In this document: one piece after another, positions 10,329 through 20,222 of the stretch
How the letters are laid out: the number at the start of each line of letters is the position of its first letter
How positions within the stretch are numbered: position 1 is the stretch's first letter
From: Nitrospira sp.
GTDB lineage: Bacteria > Nitrospirota > Nitrospiria > Nitrospirales > Nitrospiraceae
Assembly: GCA_005116965.1 (NCBI GenBank)
Contig: SWDG01000006.1
Coordinates: forward strand, 17,553 to 81,552
Direction of reading: 5' to 3'
Length of the DNA: 64,000 bases
Notes under the pieces: model-generated
The model's database searches: none
What the model saw: the letters and a program-made list of their open reading frames with translations, nothing else
What the model was told of the DNA's origin: nothing
Position numbers and translations under genes: made by a program

Positions 10329-11819
10329 GTGAATCTCAACGACCGTCTTCGAAGTTCCATCTCTTGGTTGGCTTGTTCGAAAGTGGTCGTGCAAGGCATC
10401 TCGCTCCTCAGTACCCTAATAGTTGCTCGATTACTGACGCCGGACAATTATGGGGTGATGGCACTTTCGGCCTTTTGGACATCATCCCTGTTGATGGTGA
10501 GCGAACTGGGAGCGGGCGCGGCGGTCATCCAGTTTCAGAATCTCAAAAAGCAAGAGCTGAATATCCTCTTCGGGTTCACGACCAGCTTATCACTCCTCGG
10601 CTATCTTGTGCTGTTCCTGCTCGCTCCGTTCATCGGAGACTGGTTCGCCAGCGAGCAGCTTTCGTCAGTGCTCCGCGTCGCCGGCATGGCACTTCCCATC
10701 GCGACGCTCAGAGTTGTTCCCGAGGGACTCTTGCGCAAAGAATTTCGGTTTGATCTCATCGCGAAGACCAACATCGTGTCGTCATCGTTATCGATTCCTG
10801 TTGCGTTGATGTGTGCATTTTCCGGTGCAGGCGTATGGGCGTTGGTTGCATCCTCGCTCGTGGGCGCACTGGCGCAGACGCTTCTGATTTTTCACTACGA
10901 GCAATGGCGGCCATCCACTGCTATGAAATCAGAACGCTGGGATCGGCTCATGCGATTTTGTCTGCAGTCTTTTGGAGGGAGAATCTGTTGGGCCGTGTAT
11001 CAACAGTTGGACGTATTGATCCTAGGAAAATTTGAAGGAGCTGTGAGTGTCGGGATCTACACGATGGCGCTGCAACTAATCACGTTTCCAGTCGAGAAAG
11101 TGTTCAGCATCGTGAATGAAATCGCGTATCCTGCCATGGCGCACCTTCAAGACGATGTGGCACAACTCCGTTCTTCATTCGCACAGAGTCTCCGTATCCT
11201 CACGGCAGTGGCATGTCCGCTGTATATCGGGCTGGCCTTCGTAGCGGAGGATCTTATTCAAATCATTCTGACTGACAAATGGAGTGATTCCGCAGGGGTA
11301 CTCAAATTGCTGGTGCCCTATGGATTGCTTACCGCACTTGCCGTGTTACCTGCGCCGATTCTGCTATCTCGGTATCGAGCCGATCTCGTCTTCCGGTACA
11401 CGTTTGCACAATTATTAATCATGCCACTGGCCTTTTGGATTGGAGCGCGTCAGGCTGGGGCAATTGGAGTCGCGATGGCCTGGGTGGTTGTCTATCCGTT
11501 TAGCCTGTCTTGGCTGTTCATTCAGGTGTTCAGGGAAGTGCAGATTACCTGGTATGAAGCATGGGTGGCGGTCAAGCCAGCTATGAGTGCGGCCGCATGC
11601 ATGGGTGCTGCGCTCATGGCGCTTAAAATTGGACTGGCTCATGGAGGCGTAAACCAAGCAGCCGTTACGTTGGTGATCACCGTTGTTACTGGAGCCGTGA
11701 CCTATGTGTGCGGATTGTGGGTATATGGGAGAGATCTCTTAATCGAGATGCTCGCAATGAGTACCTCACTGGTTCGGAGAAATGCTCCCGCCAAAGAAAA
11801 GCTTCCCGCTCGCGACTGA
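10329..11819 (+). CDS. Polysaccharide flippase (Wzx/PST family)
   Basis: ARLLTPDNYG, ELGAGAAVIQ, GAGVWALV, G.Y..A motifs; many transmembrane helices. Confidence 0.88.
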   Translation: MNLNDRLRSSISWLACSKVVVQGISLLSTLIVARLLTPDNYGVMALSAFWTSSLLMVSELGAGAAVIQFQNLKKQELNILFGFTTSLSLLGYLVLFLLAPFIGDWFASEQLSSVLRVAGMALPIATLRVVPEGLLRKEFRFDLIAKTNIVSSSLSIPVALMCAFSGAGVWALVASSLVGALAQTLLIFHYEQWRPSTAMKSERWDRLMRFCLQSFGGRICWAVYQQLDVLILGKFEGAVSVGIYTMALQLITFPVEKVFSIVNEIAYPAMAHLQDDVAQLRSSFAQSLRILTAVACPLYIGLAFVAEDLIQIILTDKWSDSAGVLKLLVPYGLLTALAVLPAPILLSRYRADLVFRYTFAQLLIMPLAFWIGARQAGAIGVAMAWVVVYPFSLSWLFIQVFREVQITWYEAWVAVKPAMSAAACMGAALMALKIGLAHGGVNQAAVTLVITVVTGAVTYVCGLWVYGRDLLIEMLAMSTSLVRRNAPAKEKLPARD

Positions 11820-12638
11820 TCTGTTTCCTTTTCCATTCTGTTCAGATCACCCGACCTTTCAGACTAGCGGTTTCGTTAAGCCTACTGATCTTGGGGTCTG
11901 ACAGGAATGTATCAGGCCTGCTAGAGGCGGAAGCTGAGGGGGAACATTTGAATGGTTGTTTCTTGAGCCTTAAGGAGGAGCGTGTCTGGCAAGGCGTTGC
12001 AAACATTTGACGAGGAACGGCACAGAGCTGGGACTGGCGCTATTGGCGTGGCCATGGATGCTCATTATGGTGTCCCGCACTACTGGATCTGGTCCAATGC
12101 AGTGTCTAGATTGCTCGATTTCAAATCAGCACCGCTTTCTCTTGCCGAATGATCCCTCGGCTTCTGTGGTACGCAGAGAGTGGTTGGTTTACTACGGGCT
12201 TGTACTCGCGGGACCAACGCGTGGGCAATGAAATCGACTAAGCAAGTCAACTGTGAGGTGAGACGTGCATACCCCTACTAACGAGTGAGGACAATTTCGT
12301 CAGGCATCTGCTACCGTGCCACACTTGCTCTACTCTACAGCTTGCTGCGGAGAACTTTAGTTCTCCCTAAGGTGAGAGGCGTGTGAAATCCAGAGCAGTC
12401 AAGATGCATCACCGCCTTCTCTATTCTTGTTGATGGGCTGGAGTGTTTTTACACCGCCGTGCAGGTGTTGAAGTTTCGTTCTCGTTTTGAGCTGCGAGTA
12501 CGGAAGAGCTTATCGATCCATCGCAATCCTCTTTGTCGGATGGATTCAGTGTGCCCACAATTAGGCCGAAGAATGGGCCAGCCACCTGTACCAAACGGAC
12601 GACTTTTTCGGCGCGATCGAGTTTTTCGTTAGCTGGAG

Positions 12639-14228
12639 GTGTATATGTTGGCCTATTCCTCTGCTACTGCCTCATCAAGCATGAAACTCGGCAGCTTCTT
12701 CGGTGATTACTTCATTTCTATCCGAAAGCAGGAAGGCGAGTTTACGGTAAAGGGGAACAAGGATCTATTCATCGGTCACCAAATCGGTGAAGAAGGGACC
12801 TTCTTACAATGGGAATGGACAGGGCTTCAATTGGTGGTCCGCAACGATCGGTATGGTTTATGTCCAGCATATTATAGTCAAGGGCCCAAGGGATTCATCA
12901 TCGCAACTTCCGTTCAACGCCTGATAGCGGAAGGTGTCTCTCCAGAACTAAACTACGACGCATTGGCGGTATTCCTTCGTCTCGGCACGTTTGTCGGAGA
13001 CGATACTCCATACTCGGCTATTCGAGCCCTGCCGCCGGGCACACAGTTTACATGGTCGGGTGGCAGCGAATGTCCTACCGGGTGTGTGATCCTAGGTGAA
13101 GCCACGACCGGCCTCACCCGTGAAGCGGCCTACGAGCGCTACAACGAGCTTTTCAGCGAGGCCGTTCAAAGAAGATCGACTGTTGCCGGTGATGTGGCAG
13201 TTGCTCTTTCGGGGGGGATGGACTCGCGGCATATCCTCTTAGAGCTATGCCGACTGGGAAGAAAGCCAAAGCTTTGCGTGACGGCTCAGATCTATTCGGG
13301 TGAGTCCAGTGAAGATTTGGATTATGCCAAACAAGTGGCCCAAGCTCTCGCGGTCCCCCACATCGAAATCGAACAACCAAGGGATTGGTTGAATGCGGAA
13401 ATTCAGAAGCTCCAGGCCACTAGCCTCGGTGCCTTGGAGCATAATTGGGGGATGGTCGTTGGACCTTATTTGCAACACAAAGTTGTGACGGTTTTTGATG
13501 GCTTGGGGGGGGATGTGCTCTCGGACTGTCGACACATTGTCACGCCTGCGCGACATGAGGCTTTCCACGCTGGACGCTTTGCCGTCCTTGCTGAGGACTT
13601 TCTGCAAAATGAGTACGGAGGCGTCCGCTATTTGAAGCCCGAACTGGCACGGCTGTTAAGCCGTGAACGGGCTATTCACCGCCTCTCGGTCGAGGCCGCG
13701 CGTTTTGCTGGGGCTCCCAATCCGGTAGTAGCCTTTACGTTCTGGAATCGGACTCGCCGAGCCGTCAGTCTGCTCCCTCATGGAGTTTGGAATCGATCGG
13801 TACAGGTGTTGACTCCATTTCTCGACCATACATTGTTTGACTTCCTCATCGGTCTCCCCGTGGAGTTCGTCGGAGACTATACCTTTCATGCCGAAACGAT
13901 CCGGCGCCACTATCCCACCCTCGCGCACATTCCATTTGTTTCAGGCCCTTGCCGAAGACCGAGCAACGGATCCCCTATTTTTCGAAAGATGGCACTCGAT
14001 CTGCTAACGCATGGGCTCCGATCCATTCCCTCATCCTACGTATCATTTCGACATGTCTTGCCACGGCTCATGAGGGCAATCATTGATCCAAGTTATAGCC
14101 CCTCTGTGCTATGGTTGGGACCAAGCATGTTGTATGGATTGGAACTGGAGAATTGCTCGACAGCCTCTAAATTCTTTGATGGCTTCAGCCAACCCGCGAG
14201 CTCGATCAACAGAATGGATGCTGAGTAG
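12639..14228 (+). CDS. Asparagine synthetase-like amidotransferase (polysaccharide-modifying type)
   Basis: DRYGLCPAYY, LSGGMDSR PP-loop, DGLGGD, TPFLD; no N-terminal catalytic Cys evident; start uncertain. Confidence 0.8.
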   Translation: MYMLAYSSATASSSMKLGSFFGDYFISIRKQEGEFTVKGNKDLFIGHQIGEEGTFLQWEWTGLQLVVRNDRYGLCPAYYSQGPKGFIIATSVQRLIAEGVSPELNYDALAVFLRLGTFVGDDTPYSAIRALPPGTQFTWSGGSECPTGCVILGEATTGLTREAAYERYNELFSEAVQRRSTVAGDVAVALSGGMDSRHILLELCRLGRKPKLCVTAQIYSGESSEDLDYAKQVAQALAVPHIEIEQPRDWLNAEIQKLQATSLGALEHNWGMVVGPYLQHKVVTVFDGLGGDVLSDCRHIVTPARHEAFHAGRFAVLAEDFLQNEYGGVRYLKPELARLLSRERAIHRLSVEAARFAGAPNPVVAFTFWNRTRRAVSLLPHGVWNRSVQVLTPFLDHTLFDFLIGLPVEFVGDYTFHAETIRRHYPTLAHIPFVSGPCRRPSNGSPIFRKMALDLLTHGLRSIPSSYVSFRHVLPRLMRAIIDPSYSPSVLWLGPSMLYGLELENCSTASKFFDGFSQPASSINRMDAE

Positions 14229-14339
14229 GGCAAGAAGCCTCTCGATCGCACCACCTCATGAAGAATCCTGATTGACAACGCGTTATCCGGTAGTGCAGCA
14301 TCGGCTTCTTGTCAGCAGCCAGCCCACATTGAATTGGGT

Positions 14340-14415
14340 GAGCCGGTAGCTCAGTCGGTAGAGCATCGCCCTTTTAAGGCGAGGGCCCTGGGTTCGAGTC
14401 CCAGCCGGCTCACCA
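14340..14415 (+). tRNA. tRNA-Lys (anticodon UUU)
   Basis: Full cloverleaf: acceptor GAGCCGG/CCGGCTC, D arm GCTCAGTCGGTAGAGC, anticodon arm TCGCC-CTTTTAA-GGCGA, T arm CTGGG-TTCGAGT-CCCAG, encoded CCA. Confidence 0.98.
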
Positions 14416-14661
14416 TTAAACATTAACGAGTTAGTGCATCAGGCCTATGCCATCCGCATTCCTTGCTTCAATTTTGTGCCAACCTTGAATAGCTTTTCCA
14501 GTACGCTAACTGTCAAAGGTTCCTTCTTCAGGATAAAGTCCGAGGGCAACCTCGAACGTGTCTAGGGCGGATACCGGGGGCTTCTTTCGGCTTTACCCTG
14601 TTGCGTTGCAAGCAGAGAATCTTGTGAGGTAGCCGAGAGATGGAGAGCGTGCAGATTCAGT

Positions 14662-14997
14662 CTATTGAGTCAACATCGCTCGAACCGCTTGGTTGAGCGT
14701 TGGGACTTTGTTCTTCACGATGTCCCAGACGATTTCCGAATCGAGGCCGAAATACTCATGAATCAGAATGTCGCGAAGCCCGGCCATTTTCTTCCATTCC
14801 AGTGACGGATATTGGGCTCGGAGGTCTTCTGGAAGTTTCTTGACTGCCTCACCAATCACTTCGAGATTCCGGACCACGGCATCGAAGGTCTTCTCATCTT
14901 CAAGAAACGCGGCTTTGGATAGGTTCGCCGTATAGGATGCGATCTTGCGAGTGGCCTCCAGAATATCTTCCAGGTAGACCCTAGAATCCCGGGGCAT
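14662..14997 (-). CDS. hepT: HEPN RNase toxin (HepT/DUF86)
   Basis: DAVVRNLEVIGEA and RDILIHEY (Rx4HxY); overlaps the MNT gene. Confidence 0.9.
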   Translation of the reverse strand: MPRDSRVYLEDILEATRKIASYTANLSKAAFLEDEKTFDAVVRNLEVIGEAVKKLPEDLRAQYPSLEWKKMAGLRDILIHEYFGLDSEIVWDIVKNKVPTLNQAVRAMLTQ

Positions 14998-15280
14998 AGA
15001 CGGCTTCTCGTTGAATAATCGGCAGGAGGCGCGGCTTGATGGAACTCATCGTGACTAGGTCCACGCGTGACTGGAAGAGGTCTTCAAGGAAGAGCTTCGT
15101 ATCCATATAGGCATCGAAGGACTTCTCCGACAGCTCGACTACAAAATCGAGATCACTCCCTGGCATGGCCTCGCCCCGGGCATAGGACCCAAACAGGCCA
15201 AGCCGGCGAACTCCCAATCTTCTTAGGGTCGCCTGATTTTGCTCAACGAGCTTCAGCACTTCGTCTCGACTTGTGAGCAT
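14981..15280 (-). CDS. mntA: Minimal nucleotidyltransferase antitoxin (MNT)
   Basis: LFGSYARGE...SDLD (GSx10DxD) and VDLV. Confidence 0.9.
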   Translation of the reverse strand: MLTSRDEVLKLVEQNQATLRRLGVRRLGLFGSYARGEAMPGSDLDFVVELSEKSFDAYMDTKLFLEDLFQSRVDLVTMSSIKPRLLPIIQREAVYAPGF

Positions 15281-15872
15281 CGCTGGAGGATTCCTTCTGG
15301 TTCGATCACGCTCTTGCATACGATCCATGCACCGGATTCCACAATCTGTCCTCCGATGAGATCGTGAGTATTCTAGCATGAGGAAGAGTAGGTGGCATCA
15401 TCAGGACTTCTTTTCTGAGCCATCTTCCGTTCAGGGAGTGCTACTCGGAACAAATGCTGCGCGAGACACTGTTCGCGGTCGCCTGCGGGCAGTGCCTCAA
15501 TCTGAACCTGTAAGCACCACTCCAAGTAGCCTCTCAGGAAGAGCCCAACCGAGCAATATTGCAGCAAATAGTTGCGAAACCGGTGCAATAGCGAGCACTT
15601 GTCACAACCTCTTTCATCAGGACGAACTCTGGCTCTATCTCCTCAACTTGAACTGATCCAGAATTTATTCGGGATTGGAGTCTCAGTTGGTTCATTCAGT
15701 TGCTCTCATCGCTCCGTCGCTCGTCCTCCTCTTTTGTGGTCCTGCCTTTGCAAACCTACTGGTTCGACGCACCAAACAGAGACAAACTGATGCATAATGC
15801 GCCAGGCAGTCTGGTTCGCTGTCGCATTTTGGGGCAGGCGAAGCTTTGTACTTTGCTTAAGGGGAGAATGTC

Positions 15873-17252
15873 ATGACCGAAGAATGGGGCGCGATCCTCG
15901 TCGTCGATGATGATGCAGATATGCGGGAATTGGCCTATGACATGCTGAAAGATCGAGGTCATCAGGTCACGATGGCTGGCAGTGGAGAGGAAGCGCTGAA
16001 ACGATTGGCCGAAGAAGACCATGCGGTCGTCCTCACGGATCTTCGTATGAAAGGGATGCAGGGGCTTGAATTGCTGACCCAGATCAAACGAGACCATCCG
16101 GAGATCAACGTGATTCTCATGACCGCCTTTGGATCGGTCGAGACGGCGGTCGAAGCGATGAAACACGGGGCGAGCGACTATCTCACCAAGCCGGTCAAGA
16201 AAGACGAGCTGATCCGCGTCATCGAACGGGTGATCAGAGAAGCGGCGCTTCGGCGGGAGGTCAGACGGCTTAGAAAAGAGGTCCACAAGGAATACAGTTT
16301 TCATCACATCTTAGGTAAGAGCAAGGCGATCCAGGCGGTGTTCGATTTGATTCGCCGGGTGGCTGATAGTCCGACCAACGTCCTGATTACAGGAGAAAGT
16401 GGGACAGGCAAAGAATTGGTTGCCAAAGCCATTCACTACAACAGTGACAGAAAGGACGCTCCCTTTATTCCGGTGAACTGTGCGGCGATTCCGGAGCAAC
16501 TCTTGGAGAGTGAACTGTTCGGGCATATGCGAGGCGCCTTTACCGATGCGAAGATGGATAAGCGGGGGCTGTTTGAAGAAGCGCAGAAAGGCACGCTGTT
16601 TCTCGACGAGATCAGTGAGCTGCCGCTCATGCTTCAGGCCAAAATTCTTCGCGCGATTCAGGAAAAGGAAATCCGGCGGGTCGGAGCGAACAAGTCGATT
16701 TCGGTGGATGTGCGCATCATCGCGGCCACTAACTTGAACCTCAATGAGGAGATCAAGAATAAGCGCTTTCGGGAAGATTTGTACTACCGACTCAACGTCA
16801 TTGAGCTGAAGTTGCCGCCGTTACGAGAACGACGCGAAGATATTCCGCTCCTGGTAGAGGCCTTTCTTAAGAAGTGCGGCGAGGCCCGAGGGAAGGAGGT
16901 CAAGGGTGTCAGCGAGGCCACTTTGGCGATGTTGATGGACTATGCCTGGCCCGGGAACGTGCGCGAACTGGAGAATGTCATCGAGCGGGCTGTGACGCTC
17001 AGCCGGGGGGAGAAGATCTCGCCCGATGATCTGCCCACGCCGGTGCAAGGGGCACGCGGCGACCGGCGTGTCTTGGACGAAGCGGCTGAGCAGGCGCTGC
17101 CCCTGCATGAGCTTGAAAAAGAGTACATTAAGAAGATCCTCGAAAAAACCGGCGGCAACAAGTATCAGGCCGCTCATGCCCTTGGCATCGATCGCAAGAC
17201 CCTGTATCGTAAGCTCGCCGAAATCGAGGGCAAGCCTCATCCAGAGGAATAA
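15873..17252 (+). CDS. Sigma54-dependent response regulator (NtrC/AtoC family)
   Basis: Receiver (VVDDD, TDLRM, KP), AAA+ ([38 protein letters not shown]), Fis-type HTH. Confidence 0.96.
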   Translation: MTEEWGAILVVDDDADMRELAYDMLKDRGHQVTMAGSGEEALKRLAEEDHAVVLTDLRMKGMQGLELLTQIKRDHPEINVILMTAFGSVETAVEAMKHGASDYLTKPVKKDELIRVIERVIREAALRREVRRLRKEVHKEYSFHHILGKSKAIQAVFDLIRRVADSPTNVLITGESGTGKELVAKAIHYNSDRKDAPFIPVNCAAIPEQLLESELFGHMRGAFTDAKMDKRGLFEEAQKGTLFLDEISELPLMLQAKILRAIQEKEIRRVGANKSISVDVRIIAATNLNLNEEIKNKRFREDLYYRLNVIELKLPPLRERREDIPLLVEAFLKKCGEARGKEVKGVSEATLAMLMDYAWPGNVRELENVIERAVTLSRGEKISPDDLPTPVQGARGDRRVLDEAAEQALPLHELEKEYIKKILEKTGGNKYQAAHALGIDRKTLYRKLAEIEGKPHPEE

Positions 17253-17320
17253 TTGCCAGGTTCTGATCATCACGACAAGATCGTGAACTGACACTCCCGC
17301 TCCAGGCCGAGATCGATCAC

Positions 17321-19612
17321 ATGAAGGATATCGACCGTCTTGCCATGCGCACTGAGTTTTGGATAATCCCCCTCCTTACGGTAGGAATTTTTGTCCTAGA
17401 CCTGTTGACGCCGGTCGGCGTGGCGGTGTCGATTTTGTATCTCATTCCACTGCTGTTGACGTATCCATCTCCCCGCACCAGGGATCCGCTCTACTTCTCT
17501 GCTGTAGCCACGGTGCTCATCTGGGCGGACGTTCTGCTGAAACCGGCTGGTCTTCCGATTCCCTACGCATTGTTCAACCGTACGTTAGGTATGATGGTCA
17601 TCTGGGTCATCGCCATCGGGCTGATTCGGTATAAGCGAACCCAGCACGAGTTGAAAACTGCACGGATTGAGCAGGCCCATGCCGAAGGTCTGATGATGGA
17701 GGCGCAAGAGGCCCGCTACTATGCGGATAGGGAAGCGGTGCGTGCCGTGGTCGGTCGTGAAGCAGCTGAAGAGCAGCTTCTGGTCAGCCAACTCAGGCTG
17801 GAGAGCATCATTGAATCCGCGATGGACGCCATCATCACAGTGGATGAGGATCAGAAAGTTGTGTTGTTCAACCGGGCGGCCGAACATCTGTTCGGCTGTT
17901 CCACTCGAGAAGCCATTGGGCAGCCGCTCGATCGATTCTTGCCGACACGCTTCCGAGACGCCCATCGTCATCATGTTCACGATTTCGGGCAAGCCGGTGT
18001 CACGAGCCGGAAGATGGGCAAACTCGGTACCGTGATGGGGTTCCGCTCGAACGGAGAGGAGTTTCCGATTGAAGCCGCGATCTCGCATATCGTTGTGGAG
18101 AGGAAGACCTACTATACCGTCATTCTCCGGGACATCACCGAACGAAAACGGGCTGAACACTCTCACCAAGAGAGCCAGCGGCAACTCGCCACCTTGATCA
18201 GCAATCTCCCAGGCTTCGTCTATCGGAGTCGGAACGATCGTAACTGGACATTCGAGTATCTCAGTGAGGGCGTGTCAGATTTGACTGGATATCCCGTCGA
18301 GGACTATCTCGTACAGCGAACGATCTCGTACGGTGCCAATACCCATCCAGGGGACCGTGAGCGCATTTGGCAGGAGGTTCAGACGGCCGTGGGGCAGCAT
18401 CGCCCGTTCGAGATGACCTACCGAGTCCTGACCAAATCGGGCGAAGTCAAATGGGTCTGGGAGCGGGGTGAAGGCATTTACGCTCAGGATGGCACACTCA
18501 ATTATTTGGAAGGGTTCGTCACCGACATCACTGAACGCAAACGAGCCGAACACTTGTTACGGCAAAGTGAAGAACGCTACCGGCGCCTGATCACCATTTC
18601 GCCCTATGCGATCTTAGTGCATCGAGGCGACCACATCATCTTTGCCAATGATCAAGCCATCAAGCTGTTCGGAGCGGTGAAGGCCGAGGAGATCCTCGAA
18701 AAGTCACCGATGGACCTGTTCCATCCTGATTATCACGTCGTCATTCGAGAGCGAATCCATGAACTGCTTGAAGGCAGAGTACAACTGCCCATGCTCGAGG
18801 AACAAATCATGACGCTCGATGGGAGGGCGATTGACGTCGAGGTCAGTACGGCGCGGTTCGTGGATGAAGAAGGTCCGGCTATCTTGGTCATGCTCCGAGA
18901 CATCAGTGAGCGGAAACGACTGCAGGAACAATTGCGTAAGACCGAGCGAATCGCCGAACTGGGTACGCTAGCCTCCGGCATGGCCCATGAAATCGGGACA
19001 CCGATGAACGTCATTCTCGGCCGTGCCGAATATCTGATGGACCGTGTGACGGAAGAGCCAGTGAAAAAAGGGCTTCAAACCATTGTCACGCAGGTTGAGC
19101 GAATTACGAAGGTGATGAATCAGTTGCTGACGTTCGCGCGACGCAACGCCCCTGAGCGGTGCCCCCTGGACCTTCGTGGAACGATAGAAGTCGGCATGGA
19201 GTTGTTTCAGGAACGTCTCGCACGAAGTCAGATCCAGGTGGAGCTAGCGTTGGCTGACGACTGTCCACTGGCGCTGGCCGATCCGGATCAGATGAGCCAG
19301 GTCTTCATCAATCTCGTGATGAACGCCGTGCATGCCATGCCGGACGGCGGAACGCTACGAATCGGCCTGGCGCCGGAGAAACACATGGTGAAACTCACGA
19401 TAGCCGATACGGGCCATGGCATTCCCCAGGATGTGATCGAAAAAGTCTTCGAGCCGTTCTTTACGACGAAAGAATTCGGTCAGGGAACAGGATTGGGACT
19501 GACCGTGGTCAAGGGCATCATCGAAGAACATCAGGGCTCCATCGTTGTTGAGAGTGGAGAAGGGAAGGGCACGACGTTTACAATTTTGCTTCCGCAAGCT
19601 GACAGCCAGTGA
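17321..19612 (+). CDS. Membrane-anchored sensor histidine kinase with three PAS domains
   Basis: N-terminal transmembrane helices, three PAS/PAC repeats (ending DITERK/DISERK), H-box MAHEIGTP, N/G1/F/G2 boxes. Confidence 0.95.
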   Translation: MKDIDRLAMRTEFWIIPLLTVGIFVLDLLTPVGVAVSILYLIPLLLTYPSPRTRDPLYFSAVATVLIWADVLLKPAGLPIPYALFNRTLGMMVIWVIAIGLIRYKRTQHELKTARIEQAHAEGLMMEAQEARYYADREAVRAVVGREAAEEQLLVSQLRLESIIESAMDAIITVDEDQKVVLFNRAAEHLFGCSTREAIGQPLDRFLPTRFRDAHRHHVHDFGQAGVTSRKMGKLGTVMGFRSNGEEFPIEAAISHIVVERKTYYTVILRDITERKRAEHSHQESQRQLATLISNLPGFVYRSRNDRNWTFEYLSEGVSDLTGYPVEDYLVQRTISYGANTHPGDRERIWQEVQTAVGQHRPFEMTYRVLTKSGEVKWVWERGEGIYAQDGTLNYLEGFVTDITERKRAEHLLRQSEERYRRLITISPYAILVHRGDHIIFANDQAIKLFGAVKAEEILEKSPMDLFHPDYHVVIRERIHELLEGRVQLPMLEEQIMTLDGRAIDVEVSTARFVDEEGPAILVMLRDISERKRLQEQLRKTERIAELGTLASGMAHEIGTPMNVILGRAEYLMDRVTEEPVKKGLQTIVTQVERITKVMNQLLTFARRNAPERCPLDLRGTIEVGMELFQERLARSQIQVELALADDCPLALADPDQMSQVFINLVMNAVHAMPDGGTLRIGLAPEKHMVKLTIADTGHGIPQDVIEKVFEPFFTTKEFGQGTGLGLTVVKGIIEEHQGSIVVESGEGKGTTFTILLPQADSQ

Positions 19613-19623
19613 CTTCTATCTCC

Positions 19624-19640
19624 TGTGGCATCCCGCGACA
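19624..19640. promoter_or_regulatory. Putative upstream activating sequence for a sigma54 activator
   Basis: TGTGGCA-TCC-CGCGACA, 122 nt before the -24 element; same motif at 49956 and 59120. Confidence 0.55.
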
Positions 19641-19745
19641 CCTGATCCATCCTTGACTGTGGTTTTTCTCATCAGGCGAGGCATCTTTATTCCTCATCAT
19701 GGCTTGATTTTCAAGGAATTAGCCCTACTGCTGTTCCCCTCCTCG

Positions 19746-19760
19746 TGGCATACCTCTTGC
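19746..19760 (+). promoter_or_regulatory. Sigma54 (-24/-12) promoter
   Basis: TGGCA-TACCTC-TTGC; IHF-like TTTCAAGGAATTA at 19709-19721. Confidence 0.72.
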
Positions 19761-19819
19761 CAGTTAGCCAACCTAAGAGCGTGCGAAAGACCAGATATAG
19801 GCCGGAGAGGATGTCGCGT

Positions 19820-20209
19820 ATGACGAAGGGAAAAGCCGCTGTGTTGCTGATCGTCGAGGATGACCGTGACATGCGCAGTCTGCTATGCGATGAATTTTGC
19901 GGAACAGGATATCAGCTGCGTGAAGCAAGGGATGGGGACGAAGCCTTTCTGGCGGTTCTGCAGTCCGTGCCGGATCTGATTTTGACGGACCTACGGATGC
20001 CGGCAGGAGGAGATGATTACATCAGCCGGTTGAGAACCGTGGCACCCAGGTGTCCCATCGTTGTCATCACGGGATTCGGCGATGCGGTATTGAAAGCTCA
20101 GGTATTGAAAGCAGGAGCGAACGCGTACTTTGACAAGCCTGTCCGTGTTGCCGAGCTGAAGGCTTGTGTGCAACAATTGCTCGACCACAGACCCAGAGCT
20201 GAGAGCTGA
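19820..20209 (+). CDS. Single-domain response regulator
   Basis: [19 protein letters not shown]; no output domain. Confidence 0.9.
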   Translation: MTKGKAAVLLIVEDDRDMRSLLCDEFCGTGYQLREARDGDEAFLAVLQSVPDLILTDLRMPAGGDDYISRLRTVAPRCPIVVITGFGDAVLKAQVLKAGANAYFDKPVRVAELKACVQQLLDHRPRAES

Positions 20210-20222
20210 CGGCATAGGCCGT

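Noticed and set aside
15373..15790. Several short ORFs between the TA pair and the regulator
   Set aside because: No motifs or consistent RBS/start; likely non-coding or eroded DNA
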